The notes beneath the pieces were generated by a model. The model ran no database searches, was not told the origin of the DNA, and saw only the letters and a program-made list of their open reading frames with translations. The translations under genes and the position numbers were made by a program. A stretch of 64,000 nucleotides of DNA. It comes from the human T2T-CHM13v2.0 reference genome, Homo sapiens. The DNA lies in assembly GCF_009914755.1 (NCBI RefSeq), contig NC_060927.1. One strand, written 5' to 3'. This document shows, in pieces, positions 13,570 to 27,334 of the stretch (position 1 is the first letter of the stretch; every line of letters begins with the position of its first letter).

Positions 13570-13688
13570 TATTCACTCATTCACCCAACAATTATTGATG
13601 AGCATCATGTAGATGCCAGGATCTGAGCTTCATACTGGGAACAGCAAGATAAAAAATACTCAGTCCTTGGCTTGACAGGAATTATATA
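13570..13688 (-). mobile_element. L2 3' end
   Basis: attcactcattcacccaacaattattgatgagcatc...tgccagg...cagtccttggc. Confidence 0.6.
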
Positions 13689-14404
13689 TATATATTTGTA
13701 ATGTCTTTCATGTGAACAAATTAACCATTGATAGTTTTCAAATTAAATTTGAAGTTTCGAAGTCTGCTGATAGCTGGGAGTTAACTGCTTTTCCTTTTTC
13801 CCAGGCCAAGTATTTCTCCTGATGCACTTAAGTACAGACTCTGGGGATAATGGCCATGTTTTGAAAATATGCTATTGCCCAGCTTAAAAGGGGTAAGATA
13901 GACTTGGATGTGCATCTGAGTGTTCTCACTCCATTTTCTATAGTCACAGCTCTTGCTATGTTTTCAATTAGCTACAGTAACTAAAATTAATATTACATTA
14001 CACTTTTTGGATCGTGCTTTAATTTAAGCAACAATAATGATCAGTGCATAAAATAGCCCAAGTCCTTTGTTTAGGACTTGGTGAATAGAACCATATGCCT
14101 GACCTCAACCCTTTGGGGAAAGGACATTCAGACAGTATTTTCATGGCCCCTCAACTTTTTTTTGTTGTTATTTTCCTGTTGCTTTTTTGGTCTATGTAAC
14201 TTTGTTTACTCACTATATGTGGGGGGTGAGGGTGGATTTAGAGGGTTTTACTTTACTTCTGGAATTATGGCATTTGAGAATGCTGGCCATTTGTCATCTA
14301 TTAGTCCTCTTTTCTGCTAAGTGTTTATTCCAGAAGATTTTGGTTGAGTTGTACACGGAAATTAATCCGATTAATCCATTTTTCTTTTCTTTTTTCTGGC
14401 TGAT

Positions 14405-14437
<33 letters not shown>
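14405..14437. repeat. (TG)n microsatellite, interrupted
   Basis: Direct reading, one tt interruption. Confidence 0.95.
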
Positions 14438-14582
14438 ATGAATTAGCGGATAAACAGATATACTTTAAAGTGTTGAGATCTAGATATTCCACCTAGAGTA
14501 GGTGTTTGACAATCTATAATCCCAATGTCCTATGGGAGGCCTGCAGGGCCCTGTTAGAAGATCTCTGTCATTCCTCACCAAG

Positions 14583-14830
14583 GGATCATACTATGGATTT
14601 GAGCCAGACATTCCTGAGAGCAAATCCTGGCTGTCCCTCTTAGCAGTGTGTAGCTGGTCAAGTTACTTATTGACCTCACTGAACCTATCTGCTCATCTAC
14701 ACAATGAAAACAATAAATGTTCCTGACCTTGCTGGCTGGGTTGTAAAGATTAGAGATAACACATGTGTTGAACACAACATGGAACCTCTATGATAGGCAT
14801 TCAATAACTGGCAGGCATCATAAACATTAT
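14583..14830 (+). mobile_element. MIR SINE
   Basis: gagccagacattcctgagagcaaatcctggct...caagttactt...ctcatctacacaatg...gttgtaaagattagagataac. Confidence 0.75.
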
Positions 14831-15542
14831 TGATTTTGTTTCTTCCTTTTCCTCCATTCTTTTCCTTGCTTACATCACCTGACCTCTCCCATTTCCCTTT
14901 TTTCCCTTCTTCTTGCTTTCTCATTATCCTGTTCTCTACTCTCTCCTGCCAGTGTCTCAGCTCTGTGAGTGGTGTCCATAGGCATTGCTCACCCACCAAC
15001 AAAGCTCAGAGACAAAGGTGTTATGGAATCTATTCTATATCACCAGCTAAAGGAGAAACAACCAGAGAGAAAGCCATCCAGGAAATATTGTCTTATGTAG
15101 ACAACATCCAGTATATTCAATCAATGCAGCATAGCTGAAATTATCCTGTTGCCCAACAATGCAGATTTTTTTTCTGTGGGTAATATCAATCCTCAGAAAT
15201 TTAGCATTTATTTGTTCATTTATTGATCCATTATAAAATCTGTTAAAGATATACAATGTGCTGAATTCTCTACTAAAGTTAAAGTTGTGAAAGGTGTGTT
15301 TCTTATTTATCTTTGAATCAACTCACTGTACTGATAGTTGCTGAATAAATCGCAAGTGAATGGTGACCCAAAGCTTCCAGTTTTGAAGACACTGAAGAGA
15401 AAAAAGTGAAATTTTTATTCATGAATGTAGGTCATACATATTATAGTTTCTTTTTCAATAAAATGAATCAGTAACCTCTACATGTTGGTCTCTGAACTGG
15501 ATGCCAAAATACAAAGATGAAAAGATAAACATGGTCTCTGCT

Positions 15543-15815
15543 ATTCATGCATTCATTCATTCATTCAGTAAATGTTTTCAAATGCCTACTTTGTGCTAGA
15601 ATTGAACTACGGGCTGCAGATACAACAGCCCTGACAGAGATTGACTTGTACCCTGACCTCATGAACTTTATTTCCTAGTATGAAAACAGTAAAGTAAAAC
15701 AAATGAACCAAAAGAAAAGAAATAAAAGAATTACAAATTATGAGGAGAGCCATAAATGAGGCAACAATGGACTAAGATGGACAGGACATCTACTATAGAT
15801 AGCTTAGTAGGAGAC
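15543..15815 (-). mobile_element. L2 3' end
   Basis: (attc)n tail, aaatgttttcaaatgcctactttgtgctag...ccctgacctcatgaacttta. Confidence 0.75.
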
Positions 15816-16148
15816 GGGATGAATAATCTGATCATTATAATTCAATATTTGCTTCTCTGCCTGAACCTACTGGTTCATCATTCCCTCCTTCACCCTTAAA
15901 AAGTTTTGCAGAAGCAATAAAATATTCTAAGCTCAGTAAAGAAGCAAACAGTACGATGTGAACATGACTGAACGAGCAAACAGATCTGTGTGGGGTCTCA
16001 ATACTAACCCAGAAATACAAGAGAGCAAGTAATACATTTAGAATAAAGGCCAAAGGGACCACAAAAAAAGGGACAGTAATAGGGGCGGAATTGGTGGGGA
16101 GCCATCTTCTAGCCCAGGCCTGTGCCAAGTGGCAGCAGCCCTTATTAG

Positions 16149-16528
<380 letters not shown>

Positions 16529-16589
16529 TGACCCTGGGGGTGTCTGTAGCCTGATCTCTGAGACTGTCACTTGTCCTGCTGCCAAAGGA

Positions 16590-16708
16590 GTGCTATTTTG
16601 GCATTGGACGGCCTAGGCTCACAGTCCAGCTCTGACACTCATTAGCAGTGAGATCTTGGGCAAGTCGCTTCCCATCTCCAAGTCTGTTTTCTCTTGTGTG
16701 CAATGGAT
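16590..16708 (+). mobile_element. MIR fragment
   Basis: gtccagctctgacactcattagcagtgagatcttgggcaagtcgctt. Confidence 0.7.
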
Positions 16709-16709
16709 C

Positions 16710-17065
16710 TATTTGTCAGATCAGAACTACAGAAAACAAAATCCTTGCTAACTAATTAAAATAAGAAGAAATGTATTACTGAGTCACTTTCCAAAGCATG
16801 AGAAGAGTTGGGTAAATAGGCCTCTGCTGTTTTCTGAGACAACCACTTACCTCTGGCATCTTCCTTACTAGCAAGATAGATGCCTCATGCCGAATCTCTC
16901 TCCCTATATTCCACTTTATTACTAACCCAAGTCTTGTGAGAGTACAAGTGGTAAAATTGGAATTGCATCCAACCTCATAGCTGCAAGGGCATGTGGAAAA
17001 TATCATTGCTACTTGTACAGCCTCTGCAGATGAAGAAGGCACGCCAGAAGGGGTGGGAAAAAGCA
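16710..17065 (-). mobile_element. Old MaLR/ERVL LTR fragment (MLT1/LTR33-like)
   Basis: tagctgcaagggcatgtggaaa motif and an LTR-like end; heavily degraded. Confidence 0.35.
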
Positions 17066-17569
17066 AAGCAAGCCTATCCATACAATTTGTCATAAGGGAC
17101 AACAATGTATCCATTACAGGGTTATTAAAGAATTGGTATTTATGAATATGTTTCCATTTAGTAAACACTGACTTGACCTGATGACATCAGCTAGCACTCC
17201 TTGTCCTCTGACACCAGGTGCCAAAGGTACTGAGTCCAGCCTGGGAGCCCGGCTCTGAAACCCCATACATCTACCAATGCCCTGAGGCTGGACCTTGCTT
17301 CCTGTCTGATGGACCTTGCTGGCTTACAACCTGGACCCCACCCAGAAAGCCAGAGATTCCTGCCCCAAGCAACTTTATGTCCACGAGGTAGAGTGATGAG
17401 TACTCAAAAACCAGAAACCCAGAAAAGGAGTGAAAACGTAGAAGGGGGGTCACTAATTCTGCCAGCAAGTGTTAGGTAAGACATCACATTTCATCATCCT
17501 TGATAATACATAATGCAGTCGGTAGAATAGAATATTACTTACCAAGAAAGACCTCAAAAAGTTTCAGTG

Positions 17570-18547
17570 CTTCAGCAAAAGAAATAATCAGCAAACAGAC
17601 AACCCACAGAACAGGAGAAAATACTCACAAACTATGCATCCACCAAAGGACTCCTATGCAGAATCTACAAGGAATTCAAACAAATCAGCAAGAAAAAAAA
17701 ATGATCTCATCAAAAAGTGGGCAAAAGACATGAATAGACAATTCTCAAAAGAAGATATACAAACAGCCAACATACGAAAAAATGCTCAAAATCACTAATT
17801 ATCAGGGAAATGCAAATCAAAACCACAATGAGATACCACCTTCCTCCTGCAAGAATGGGCCATAATTAAAAAGTCAAAAACAACGGATGTTGGCACAGAT
17901 GTGGTGAAAAGGGAACACTTTTACACTGCTGGGGGGAATGTAAACTAGTACAATCACCATGGAAGTCAGTATGAAAATTCCTTAAAGAACTAAAAGTAGA
18001 ACTACCATTCTATCCAGCAATCCCACTACTGGGTATCTATCCAGAGGAAAATAAGTCATTACACAAAAAAGACACATGCACATGCATGTTTATAGCAGCC
18101 CAGCTCACAATATCAAAGATATGGAACCAACCTAAGTGCCTATCAACCAACAAGTAGATAAAGAAAATCTGGTATATATAAACCATAGAATACTACCCAG
18201 CCATAAAAAGGAATGAAATAATGTCTTTTGCAGCAGCTTGGATGGAACTGGAGGCCATTATCCTAAATGAAGTAACTCAGGAATGGAAAACCAAATAGCA
18301 TATGTTCTGGTTTATAAATGGGAGCTAAGCTATGAGGGCGCAAAGGCATAAGAATGATACAATGGACTTTGGGGACTCAGGAGTAAGGGTGGGAGGGGTT
18401 GAAGGATAAAAGACTACGCATTGGGCTCAGTGAACACTGCTCGGGCGCACCCAAATCTCAGAAATCACCACTAAAGAACTTATCCATGTAACCAAAAACC
18501 ACCTGTACCCCCAAAAACTATTGAAATAAAAATAGAAATTAATTTTT
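17570..18547 (+). mobile_element. L1PB (PB1-like) ORF2 end plus 3' UTR, 5'-truncated
   Basis: gggagctaagctatgag...aaaggcataagaatgatacaatggactttgggga; TSD aaaaagtttcagtg (17556-17569) / aaaaagtttcactg (18548-18561). Confidence 0.93.
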
Positions 18548-18659
18548 AAAAAGTTTCACTGGTAAGAGCTACTTGTATGACATATAAACTGTTACATGAG
18601 AATCTAGACCCCACATACTAAGCTTGATCAAAAAGGAGGATCTCTCTGGGCTCTTAATC

Positions 18660-18826
18660 ATTTTTTAAATCAAATTTTTAAAATGTAGTTTTTCTTATTA
18701 TGAAAATAGTATATGCTTATTAAAGAAATTTTTGAAAATACTGAAAAGCAGAAAGAAAATAACAACTACATTTTATCTCATCACCCAGCATTAATGACTG
18801 TTAACCTTTTGGAAATATTTCCTTCT
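18660..18826 (-). mobile_element. L1ME-type 3' end fragment
   Basis: tattatgaaaatagtatatgcttat...tcacccag...actgttaaccttttgg. Confidence 0.6.
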
Positions 18827-18827
18827 G

Positions 18828-20195
18828 AGCAAATATGAACCAAAAGAAGCTGGTGAACCCACATTAATATCATGTAAAATAGACTTTAAGGTCTAATAGT
18901 GCTAAAAGGCACTATTAGAAATAAGAATGGTCACTACATAGTAATAAAAGCTTCAATTCACAAGGAACATATAACAATTTTAAACTCTAAGGTATGTGTT
19001 ATGGCTTCAAAATGTATAAATACAAACTTGAGCTATCAGTTAACGGAAGGTTATATGTTCATACACTTTAACACACTTCTCTCAGTAATTGATGGATCAA
19101 ACAATCCAAAAACAGCAAGGGTATAGATTTGAACAACACAAAATAACAAGCCTGATCCAAAGGATATATTTTTAGAACACTGCATCAAACTACTTGTCAA
19201 ACACACGAGGGCTATTTACCAAAATTAACCATGCATTAGGCTATAAAGCAAGTATAATACATTTCAAAGACTCTCTATACACCACATCCTCAGCCCACAA
19301 TGTAATAAAGATAACTTTTCAAAAAGAACATAATAACAATCTATTTCATTGGAAATTTTAAAATACATTTTAAATAACTCATGGCAAAATAAGAAAACAT
19401 AACGGAAATTATATTATTATATAATTTTAAAATAAATTATATATGAAAAATAAACATCAAAACTTGAGGGATGCAGCTAAGGTACTTCTTGGAAGAAAAT
19501 GTATGTTTTGCATGCCCACAGAAAAGAAAAGAAAGGCTCAAAATTAAATAAGGTAAACATGTATATTGTGAAATTAGAAAATAATTAGGTTTAAACAAAG
19601 CCAGAATGTAGTCATTGAAAAGACTAATAAAATTGAGAAGCTTTTTAATAATGTTAATGAAGAGAAAAAAGAGAAAACAAATAAATAAACAATACTAAAA
19701 ATGATGCGGCCATAACTACTGATGTTATGTAAGTTAAAAATGATAAATTAATAGTGTGATAACTATGCCAATACATTCAAAAACTTAGGTAAAATAGATA
19801 TATTCCTACAAATACATAACAAAAGTGAATGAAAAATTTTTTTAAATAAAGAAAAAAAGGTATAAAACCTGAATAGGTCTATAACATTACGGTCCATCCC
19901 AAAAATGCAAGGTTGGTTTAATGTTAAGAAATATTATATTTCAGACAATGCAAGTATCACAATAAATAAAAGAGGACAAATAATCTCCATAAGTGAAAAA
20001 TATCATTTGAAGAGATGTAGAAAAAAATTACAGGAAATAAATGCAGCAGTTATTTATGATTTAGGAAAAATAAAAAACAACTCTTAGCAAACTAGAAATA
20101 AAAGGACCTTTCTTAACCTAATAGCAGATAACCACAAACACCTACTACAAATGTCATACTTAATGGTGAAATGTTGGAAATATTCCTTGGAAATA
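18828..20195 (+). mobile_element. Old L1M ORF2 remnant (endonuclease to RT start)
   Basis: aaaatagactttaag; ORF 18899 (GHYIVIKASIHKEHITILN) and ORF 19905 (MQGWFN) are L1 ORF2 motifs; frameshifted. Confidence 0.85.
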
Positions 20196-20199
20196 TGTT

Positions 20200-20358
20200 C
20201 CCATCACTATTACAGCATTTATTTATGAATTACAATGACCTCTTTACATGTTTGTCTCACCTCTCCCAGTTCCCTACACCCTGCCCCCAATGCTTAGTAC
20301 AGTTCCTGGCACACTGCCAACATGCCATTCATGTTTGGTGAATGGATGGATGAATGAA
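20200..20358 (+). mobile_element. L2 3' end
   Basis: tgcttagtacagttcctggcaca...tgtttggtgaatggatggatgaatgaa. Confidence 0.65.
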
Positions 20359-20569
20359 GAAAGCAGAGTTCTTTAGTGATAATACGCAGGTTAAATAAAG
20401 GTTACCCAGTAAATTCTAATTCCCCAGTTGTATCAATTTAGCATTCAAGGGCTCTTTAAATGACATTTGAGAACGGCAAATGTATTTCCTTGTGACACTT
20501 AAGACATTCCAGATGACTGTTGTATCTCCCTAACTCTATTGGGTAAACATTATATTCCCAACTTGTTTT

Positions 20570-20732
20570 CATTTACTTAGCCTTTCTGAAAATCAGTTCT
20601 CTTTCTGTAAATGGGAATAATAATAATATGCTTGACTCAGAGTTGTTGTAAGAGTTAAAAGAATGCTTATGAAGCAATTAGCACAGTTCTTATAATCTAA
20701 TAAGTACGCAACATATGTTGGTTATTGTTGTG
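20570..20732 (+). mobile_element. MIR SINE
   Basis: tctgtaaatgggaataataata...agagttgttgtaagagttaaa...gaagcaattagcacagt. Confidence 0.7.
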
Positions 20733-20789
20733 TGGTTGCAATTATTAGTGGTAGTTGTGATTCTTAGTAGCATTAAGGCTATTTCAGAT

Positions 20790-21045
20790 TTCCATGGCAT
20801 CTAATATAGTGCTTGCACATAAAAGCAACTTCTCAAAAAATGCTTGCTAAATGAATGATGGACCTGCAATGCTGAGATATACTGATGGCTTTCAAAACAA
20901 ACTGCATTGCTTCATTCATTCACTCAACAAAAATAAATTGCAAGCCTGCTGTCAGATACTATACTAAATACTGGGAATACAGAGATGATTAATGATTAAG
21001 ATGTGATTCCAGCCTCTGAGGAGTTCATAGTATATCTAAGAACTA
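20790..21045. mobile_element. Two L2 3' ends, tail-to-tail (+ about 20790-20862, - about 20911-21045)
   Basis: atagtgcttgcacata...aaatgcttgctaaatgaatga then ttcattcattcactcaacaa...tactgggaatacagagatg. Confidence 0.6.
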
Positions 21046-21479
21046 GATAGCATGAATTTGTTTTAATTTGAAAAATCTACGTTGACAGATTTCTACTTTT
21101 ATGCCTATCTCTCATAAACAAGATACACTGACCCTTATCAAGACAGAATCAGCATGGAGAAAAAACAAGCTATGTCAGAGCAGAGACCCTCTCAAAATAA
21201 TTTGAGCCCAGTACTAGAGAGACTTCATCTAGTTGAAGCAGTTAATCTTAAAGAACAGACAGAGAATCAAGGACATGGTACTCGAAGGGAGTCACAAACT
21301 GAGGCATGGCTCAGAAGTTATTAGCAAGTGACAGTTCCATCTAGAGGATGGGCTGTGGCCACTAGGGATGTGGGGTCCCAACTGGAAGTCACCGTTAGAA
21401 TACACATTCCATGCATTAAGGTCCCCTCAATACACGGGAGAATGAATTTGAGAGAAGAGACAATGTAAGGGAAGTGAAA

Positions 21480-21690
21480 AATTTTGAAGGCTTTACAGAA
21501 AGAAGTGACATTTTGGCCTTTATGCAGGAACAGAATTTTGATGAGAAAATGAAGATGTCCCAGGAAGAGGAAGCAACATAAACATAGACATGGAAGTACA
21601 AACTTTCAAATAATTTTCAAGAATCATTGAATACTTTCTGGATTCGAGCATAGTTTGTGTTTGTAATAAAGGAATGGAGTGATGGGAAGG
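21480..21690 (-). mobile_element. L2 fragment
   Basis: gaaggctttacagaaagaagtgacattt...ccaggaagaggaagcaacataaacatagacatggaag. Confidence 0.55.
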
Positions 21691-21867
21691 ACAGACTGCT
21701 CTCTCAGCTTCTTTCTAAGTAGGAAAAAGCCAGATATTACCCTTATTGATTGAAAGAATATATAGAGTCACTAAAACTTTGAAATAGAATAAAAGCAAAA
21801 AAAACTACAGAACCTTCAACCCAATACCTCATATACTGAACTCTTCAAAAATCTCTGACAAAACTCC

Positions 21868-22972
21868 CTTTTTCTGCATGTATTTTTTTAAACTTTTCTT
21901 TTAGGTTTGGGGGCACATATGAAGGTTTTTTACAGAGGTAAACACATGTCATGGGGGTTTGTTGTACAGATTATTTCATCACTCAGATATTAAGCTCAGT
22001 ACTCGATAGTGATCTTTTCTGCTCCTCTCCCTCCTCGCACCCTCCACCCTCAAGTAGACCCCAGTGTCTGCTGTTTCCTTCTTAGTGTTCATAAGTTTTT
22101 ATCATTTAGCTCCCACTTATAAGTGAGGACATGCGGTATTTGGTTTTCTGCTCCTGCGTTAGTTTGCTAAGGATATAGCCTCCAGCTCCATCCATGTTTC
22201 TGCAAAAGACATGAACTCATTCTTTTTTATGGCTGCATAATATTCCATGGTGTATATGTACCACATTTTCTTTATCCAATCTGTCACTGATGAGCATTTA
22301 GGTTGATTCCATGACTTTGTTATTGTGAGTAGTGCTGCAATGAACATTCAGGTGCATGTTTCTTTATGATCGAATGATTTATATTCCTCTGGGTATAGAC
22401 CCAGTAATGGGATTGCTGGGTCAAATGGTAGTTCTGTTTTTAGTTCTCTGAGGAATCATCATACTGCTTTCCACAATGGTTGAACTAATTTACACTCCCA
22501 CCAACAGTGTATAAGTGTTCCCTTTTCTCTGCAACCTCACCAGCATCCATATTTTTTGACTGTTTAACAATAGCTATTCTAACTGGTGTGAGATGGTATC
22601 TCATTGTGGTTTTGATTTGCATTTCTCTAATGATCAGTGATATTGAAGCTTTTTGTCATATGCTTATTGGCCGCATGTATGTCTTCTTTTGAGAAATGTC
22701 TGTTCATTTCCTTTGCCCACTTTTTAATAGGGTTGTTTGCTTTTCTTTTATAAATCTGTTTAAGTTCCTTGTAGATGCTGGATATTAGACCTTTGTCAGA
22801 TGCATAGTTTGCAAATATTTTCTCCCATTCTGTAGGTTGTCGGTTTACTCTGCTGATAGTTTCTTTTGCTGTGCAGAAGCCCTTAAGTTTAATTAGATCC
22901 CACTTGTCAATTTTTGCTTTTGTTGCAACTGCTTTTGGTGTCTTTGTCACACAATCTGTGCTCATTCCTATG
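21868..22972 (-). mobile_element. L1PA (PA12-14-like) ORF2 C-terminus plus 3' UTR, 5'-truncated
   Basis: ORFs 22627 and 22159 encode L1 ORF2 peptides ([27 protein letters not shown]); perfect 14-bp TSD tctgacaaaactcc at 21854-21867 and 22973-22986. Confidence 0.96.
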
Positions 22973-25544
22973 TCTGACAAAACTCCTACCTTTGCTTGGT
23001 AAAACATGAGGTTTTTTTTTTTTAAGTGGGAGGTTCTTTGATAAGATTTTTGAAGGTATTTTAATTCAGTAAAAAATTAGCATCCTGATGATGGTGAGGA
23101 AAGCCCAGAATAGACTGAAGTGCTACTGGACTGTGAAGAGAAAGAGGTCCTGAAAGGGAAATATTCAAACTTGAAATTCTGGACCCTGAAATGGCTAAAT
23201 GTTCAGATACTCCAATTTCCTCTTGACTGGTTCACACACTTCTAGTTCCTTACCTACCTCACCTAAGCCCTCTTTGCCTCCCAGAAAGTGGGAAATGTCC
23301 CTCTTAAAGAGATCAAATGAAACAAGAAGAGAAACTATATATTTTGTCTCAATTCCCGATCAGCTCAGAAAGAAGGCAGAGTTGACCTAACTTAGCACCA
23401 TAAACCTCACCTTTCAGCTGGTACCTTTGTGTACCCTTTCCTGATGCCAGCAACTCAGCCCATGTCTCCCACTCAGCTCTCCCAGGCTTCTTAGAACTCA
23501 GATTCCCAAGACAAAGGACAATTGAGGCCCAGTTAGTGCTCAGGTTTACTGAGAATTAAGCCATAGGCAGATACCATCAAAACACATCTCACTTGTGACC
23601 TTTCACAGCCAACGAATTGGAAGGATTTTCCTTTGCTGGGGATTGAATTTAAAACGACTTCCCAGGAGTGAAAGGTCACCCCATGAAACCATGATATCCA
23701 GTTAAACACAGCTAAATAGAACGTTTTAGCATGACAATAAATGGAGTTATATTTAGCTGATTTGGGAAACTATCTGGCTGAGGGAAAAGCAGTACAGAGA
23801 TTCTTCATCTACCACCCCTTCTCCCCTGGCTGGGAGAAGTAATGGAGTAGTACAAAGGTGAAGAATTTTACCAAATCTGTCCAGAGAGACCATTTTTGCT
23901 TTCCCAACATCTACCATGTTCTGAGTAGGACGTGTTGGTTGAATGGCATAAAGGCTATATTGTTTTCTTGATGCACACATGAAATTCTTATGAGCATGGC
24001 TGGAGCAAGATGGGCTCCAAAGGGAGAACATACCCTCAAATAACTCTCTAGGCAGCTTTGATTTCTAGATACGTATGAGGTGAAAGCACATTAGCCAAAC
24101 TGGCTTTGATAACAAATGCATTCTTCTTTAACAAGGAAAGACTAAAGGGAAAAAATAGTTGGCACCCCTCTCCCTTAACTTGAAATGCCCCATGCCATTT
24201 TGAAAAAGCCTCATATTTTGCTGTTGTTAACTAACAGATGGTTTTGTTAGCCGGTGACTGTTTCTCTAAATAACTCCTGACAATAAAAGGCTGTGACACA
24301 TGAGAGCAAAATGGGGACCATAAGTGGTAGCCTTTTACCTCCAGAATCTTACCTTGTCGTTCATTCTGAAACTTGATGTGTGTAATTGCAGCCACTGGGA
24401 AGGTGTGGAGTGCTACAGCATCACAGATCTGCCAGTAGTTAGAAGAGATTAAAGGTGTATGTTGTTTTTTTAGAAGGAAAAAAAATATTTAATTGAAACC
24501 AATTTAGAAATCAGGATCCCTGAGAGTTTAGAGTGAGAATGTTTTCAATGAAACACTGTTTCATCTTGGCTATGAAAGACTCATACGGTTTCTCTCCCAA
24601 GCTAAGTGTGCTATTTGATAGGGAATCCACTGTTTATGCTTGTCCGGCAAGACTCTCTTTACTACACAATGAATTGGTACTTTTGGTAAATATAATCCCA
24701 TAGTGATTTAGCAAAACCCATTAGCCTCAGCCTTAGCCCTGTGGATTCCATCTAACATTCAGTTTCACCTGTAGTGGCCAATCTCTTTGCTAACAGTCTT
24801 TTTCATATAAAGCTGCCATCTTCCATTTTATCTTTTTAAAAATCTCACCTAATCTGGCTATCTGTACCTTTGTTACTAATTTTTTATTCTGCCTTTGGAC
24901 AGTCCAAATTAAGCATGACCCAACCTGTTTGGGCATAACAAGGCCACTTTTCAATCTCTAGCTAAGGAAAAAGTAAAATCAAAGAACTTACTAAACTCAT
25001 AGAACTGATACTCAGGCTTCGAGCCCTTGGCTCCTAAATGTGTATGCTGGCCTAGCCACTTTGAGTCAACTGTCAATGTGGGAAGACCTTGATACCACAT
25101 AAACAAGACTACAGTCTATATACAATTCAACAAATATGTCCTACTTAGAACTTGGTAAGTGTTAGGAAAGTAACCATCTTACTTCTCCAATTTTATTTTG
25201 TTTTTTTCTCATCTATTGCTGACCTCCCATTGATCTCTTAATACCTTCACCCAGCCTCTAAAGCATGAAGCACTATTCTGTTATGCCTAGAGTCCAAAGC
25301 CAGCTGCATTTCCTGTTTAATAATTTAATCTCTCATCCTTGGTTCAAAGAGTTCCAGTGACAACTTTAGCCTGGCACTGAAACAAACTGTGCCAATCTGT
25401 ACTCTTCACCAATTCTGTGGCAACCCATTATCAGCCAATTTCACTCTGCTGTATGCCCTCTAGGACCCAAGTCACCCCCAAAAGGCCATGGCTCCAAGAG
25501 GTGTGGTTATGCATAGACAACATGAGGTATTTCCTTTTAGGTAC

Positions 25545-25800
25545 AGCTAGAATGTTGTTGCAGCAATCCCATCACTGAGGTGAGGAGATGATGGTGCACT
25601 GAACTGTAGTGTAGCAGTAGGAAGAAATAAAAATTGTCATATTCAAATGATATGGTGACAAAACCAGCTGACTGATTGACTAAAGGAAATAAAAAAGAGG
25701 GAGAAATCAAGGGTGACATTCAGATTTCTGGCTTGGAGAAGGTATTGGATGCTGGATGTGGAAAAAAGCATAAGCGGGTAAAAAGTTTGGGATTTGAAAA
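25545..25800 (-). mobile_element. L2 internal fragment
   Basis: gagatgatggtgcactgaact...gagggagaaatcaagggtgacattcagatttctggcttgg. Confidence 0.65.
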
Positions 25801-26002
25801 TGATTGAAACAAGGGCTATGTAGTCATATGTGTTGTTTTTATCCCATTATTTGTCAAGGCTTTTATTTGTTTTGCCAAGTAGGCTTCTCTGTTGAGAAGA
25901 GGTTATGGTCACTCACCTGCAGAAATAACAAAGTGCTTATTTAAATCGTGTTCAATATGACGTGTGTTTGAGTGAATCTTCTCCAGACCCTTAAGAAGGC
26001 CG

Positions 26003-26100
26003 GCCATGTTTAAGTAGTGGAAAGAGTTCTAGATCAAGTAAGAAAACTCGTGGCTCAGAATTTGAACCACTACTTACAAGCTGTGAGATTAAAGGCATTA
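26003..26100 (+). mobile_element. MIR 5' fragment
   Basis: gtagtggaaagagttctagat...ccactacttacaagctgtgagatt. Confidence 0.5.
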
Positions 26101-26336
26101 AATAAATAGAGGGTTCAAGAAAATGATACTTTCCAACTCCAGTATTTTATGACTATAATGCATATTTTATGACTCCACTTAGAAAAGAAGACTAAGTGGA
26201 GTTTTTTAGTGTGCATCTAGTTCTTAGGACTATCATTCCCAGCCTTTGTTTATTTTGTCTTCTCTCTCCTATCTAACTCACACATAATGAAAAGGAAAAT
26301 ATTTGGGAGACAGTAGTGGATCAGAAATTGCAAGCC

Positions 26337-26585
26337 AGTTGGGCACAGTAGCCCACACCTGTAATCCTTGTACTTTGGGAATCCATGGTGGGAGGATCGC
26401 TTGAGCCCAGGAGTTCAAGACAAGCCTTGGCAATGTGGTGAGATTCTCTACAAAAAAACGCAAAAATTACCCAGGTGTGGTGGCACACACCTGTGGTCCC
26501 AGCTACTCAGGAGACTGAGGTGGAAGGATCACTTATGCCTGGAAGGTCAAGTCTGCAGTGAGCCATGATCGTACCAGTGCGCTCC
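26337..26585 (+). mobile_element. AluJ, lacking the last ~30 nt and poly-A
   Basis: ggaggatcgcttgagcccaggagttcaaga and gcagtgagccatgatc are J diagnostics; stops at gtgcgctcc. Confidence 0.9.
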
Positions 26586-27012
26586 TAAAAAGTTGCAGGC
26601 AACAGAAACCCTTTAAAAACTGAGTTCCTAGAAAAATTGGATTCATTTACAGTATTGGCTTTCAGCAAGTATGCACCCACTAGAGAAGCATAGACATACT
26701 GTAATATCTCTGTACAAATATGCAGGACCAGGGCATACTTCATTTCAATAAATATCAAAATGTAGGGCATGGGAATTTTTGATAAAACTTTTATCAAATC
26801 ACAGAACTTCAAATCCCAGTTCCCTTGTCTATAAGTGTTACCACATCAATATCCACCCAAGATTTTGGTTAACATAAAACACACTTTTTACAAAGCACCT
26901 ACTACAGTGTCTGGCACTATACTCAATAAATGGTAGCTACTATTGTAGCTATGCTTTGGAATCATTTACTATAATCTGAAGATTAAGTCAGGCAATTTAA
27001 AAACCAAAAACT

Positions 27013-27334
<322 letters not shown>

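Noticed and set aside
21356-21372. CTCF-like tggccactaggg
   Set aside because: Lacks the downstream GGC core of the motif
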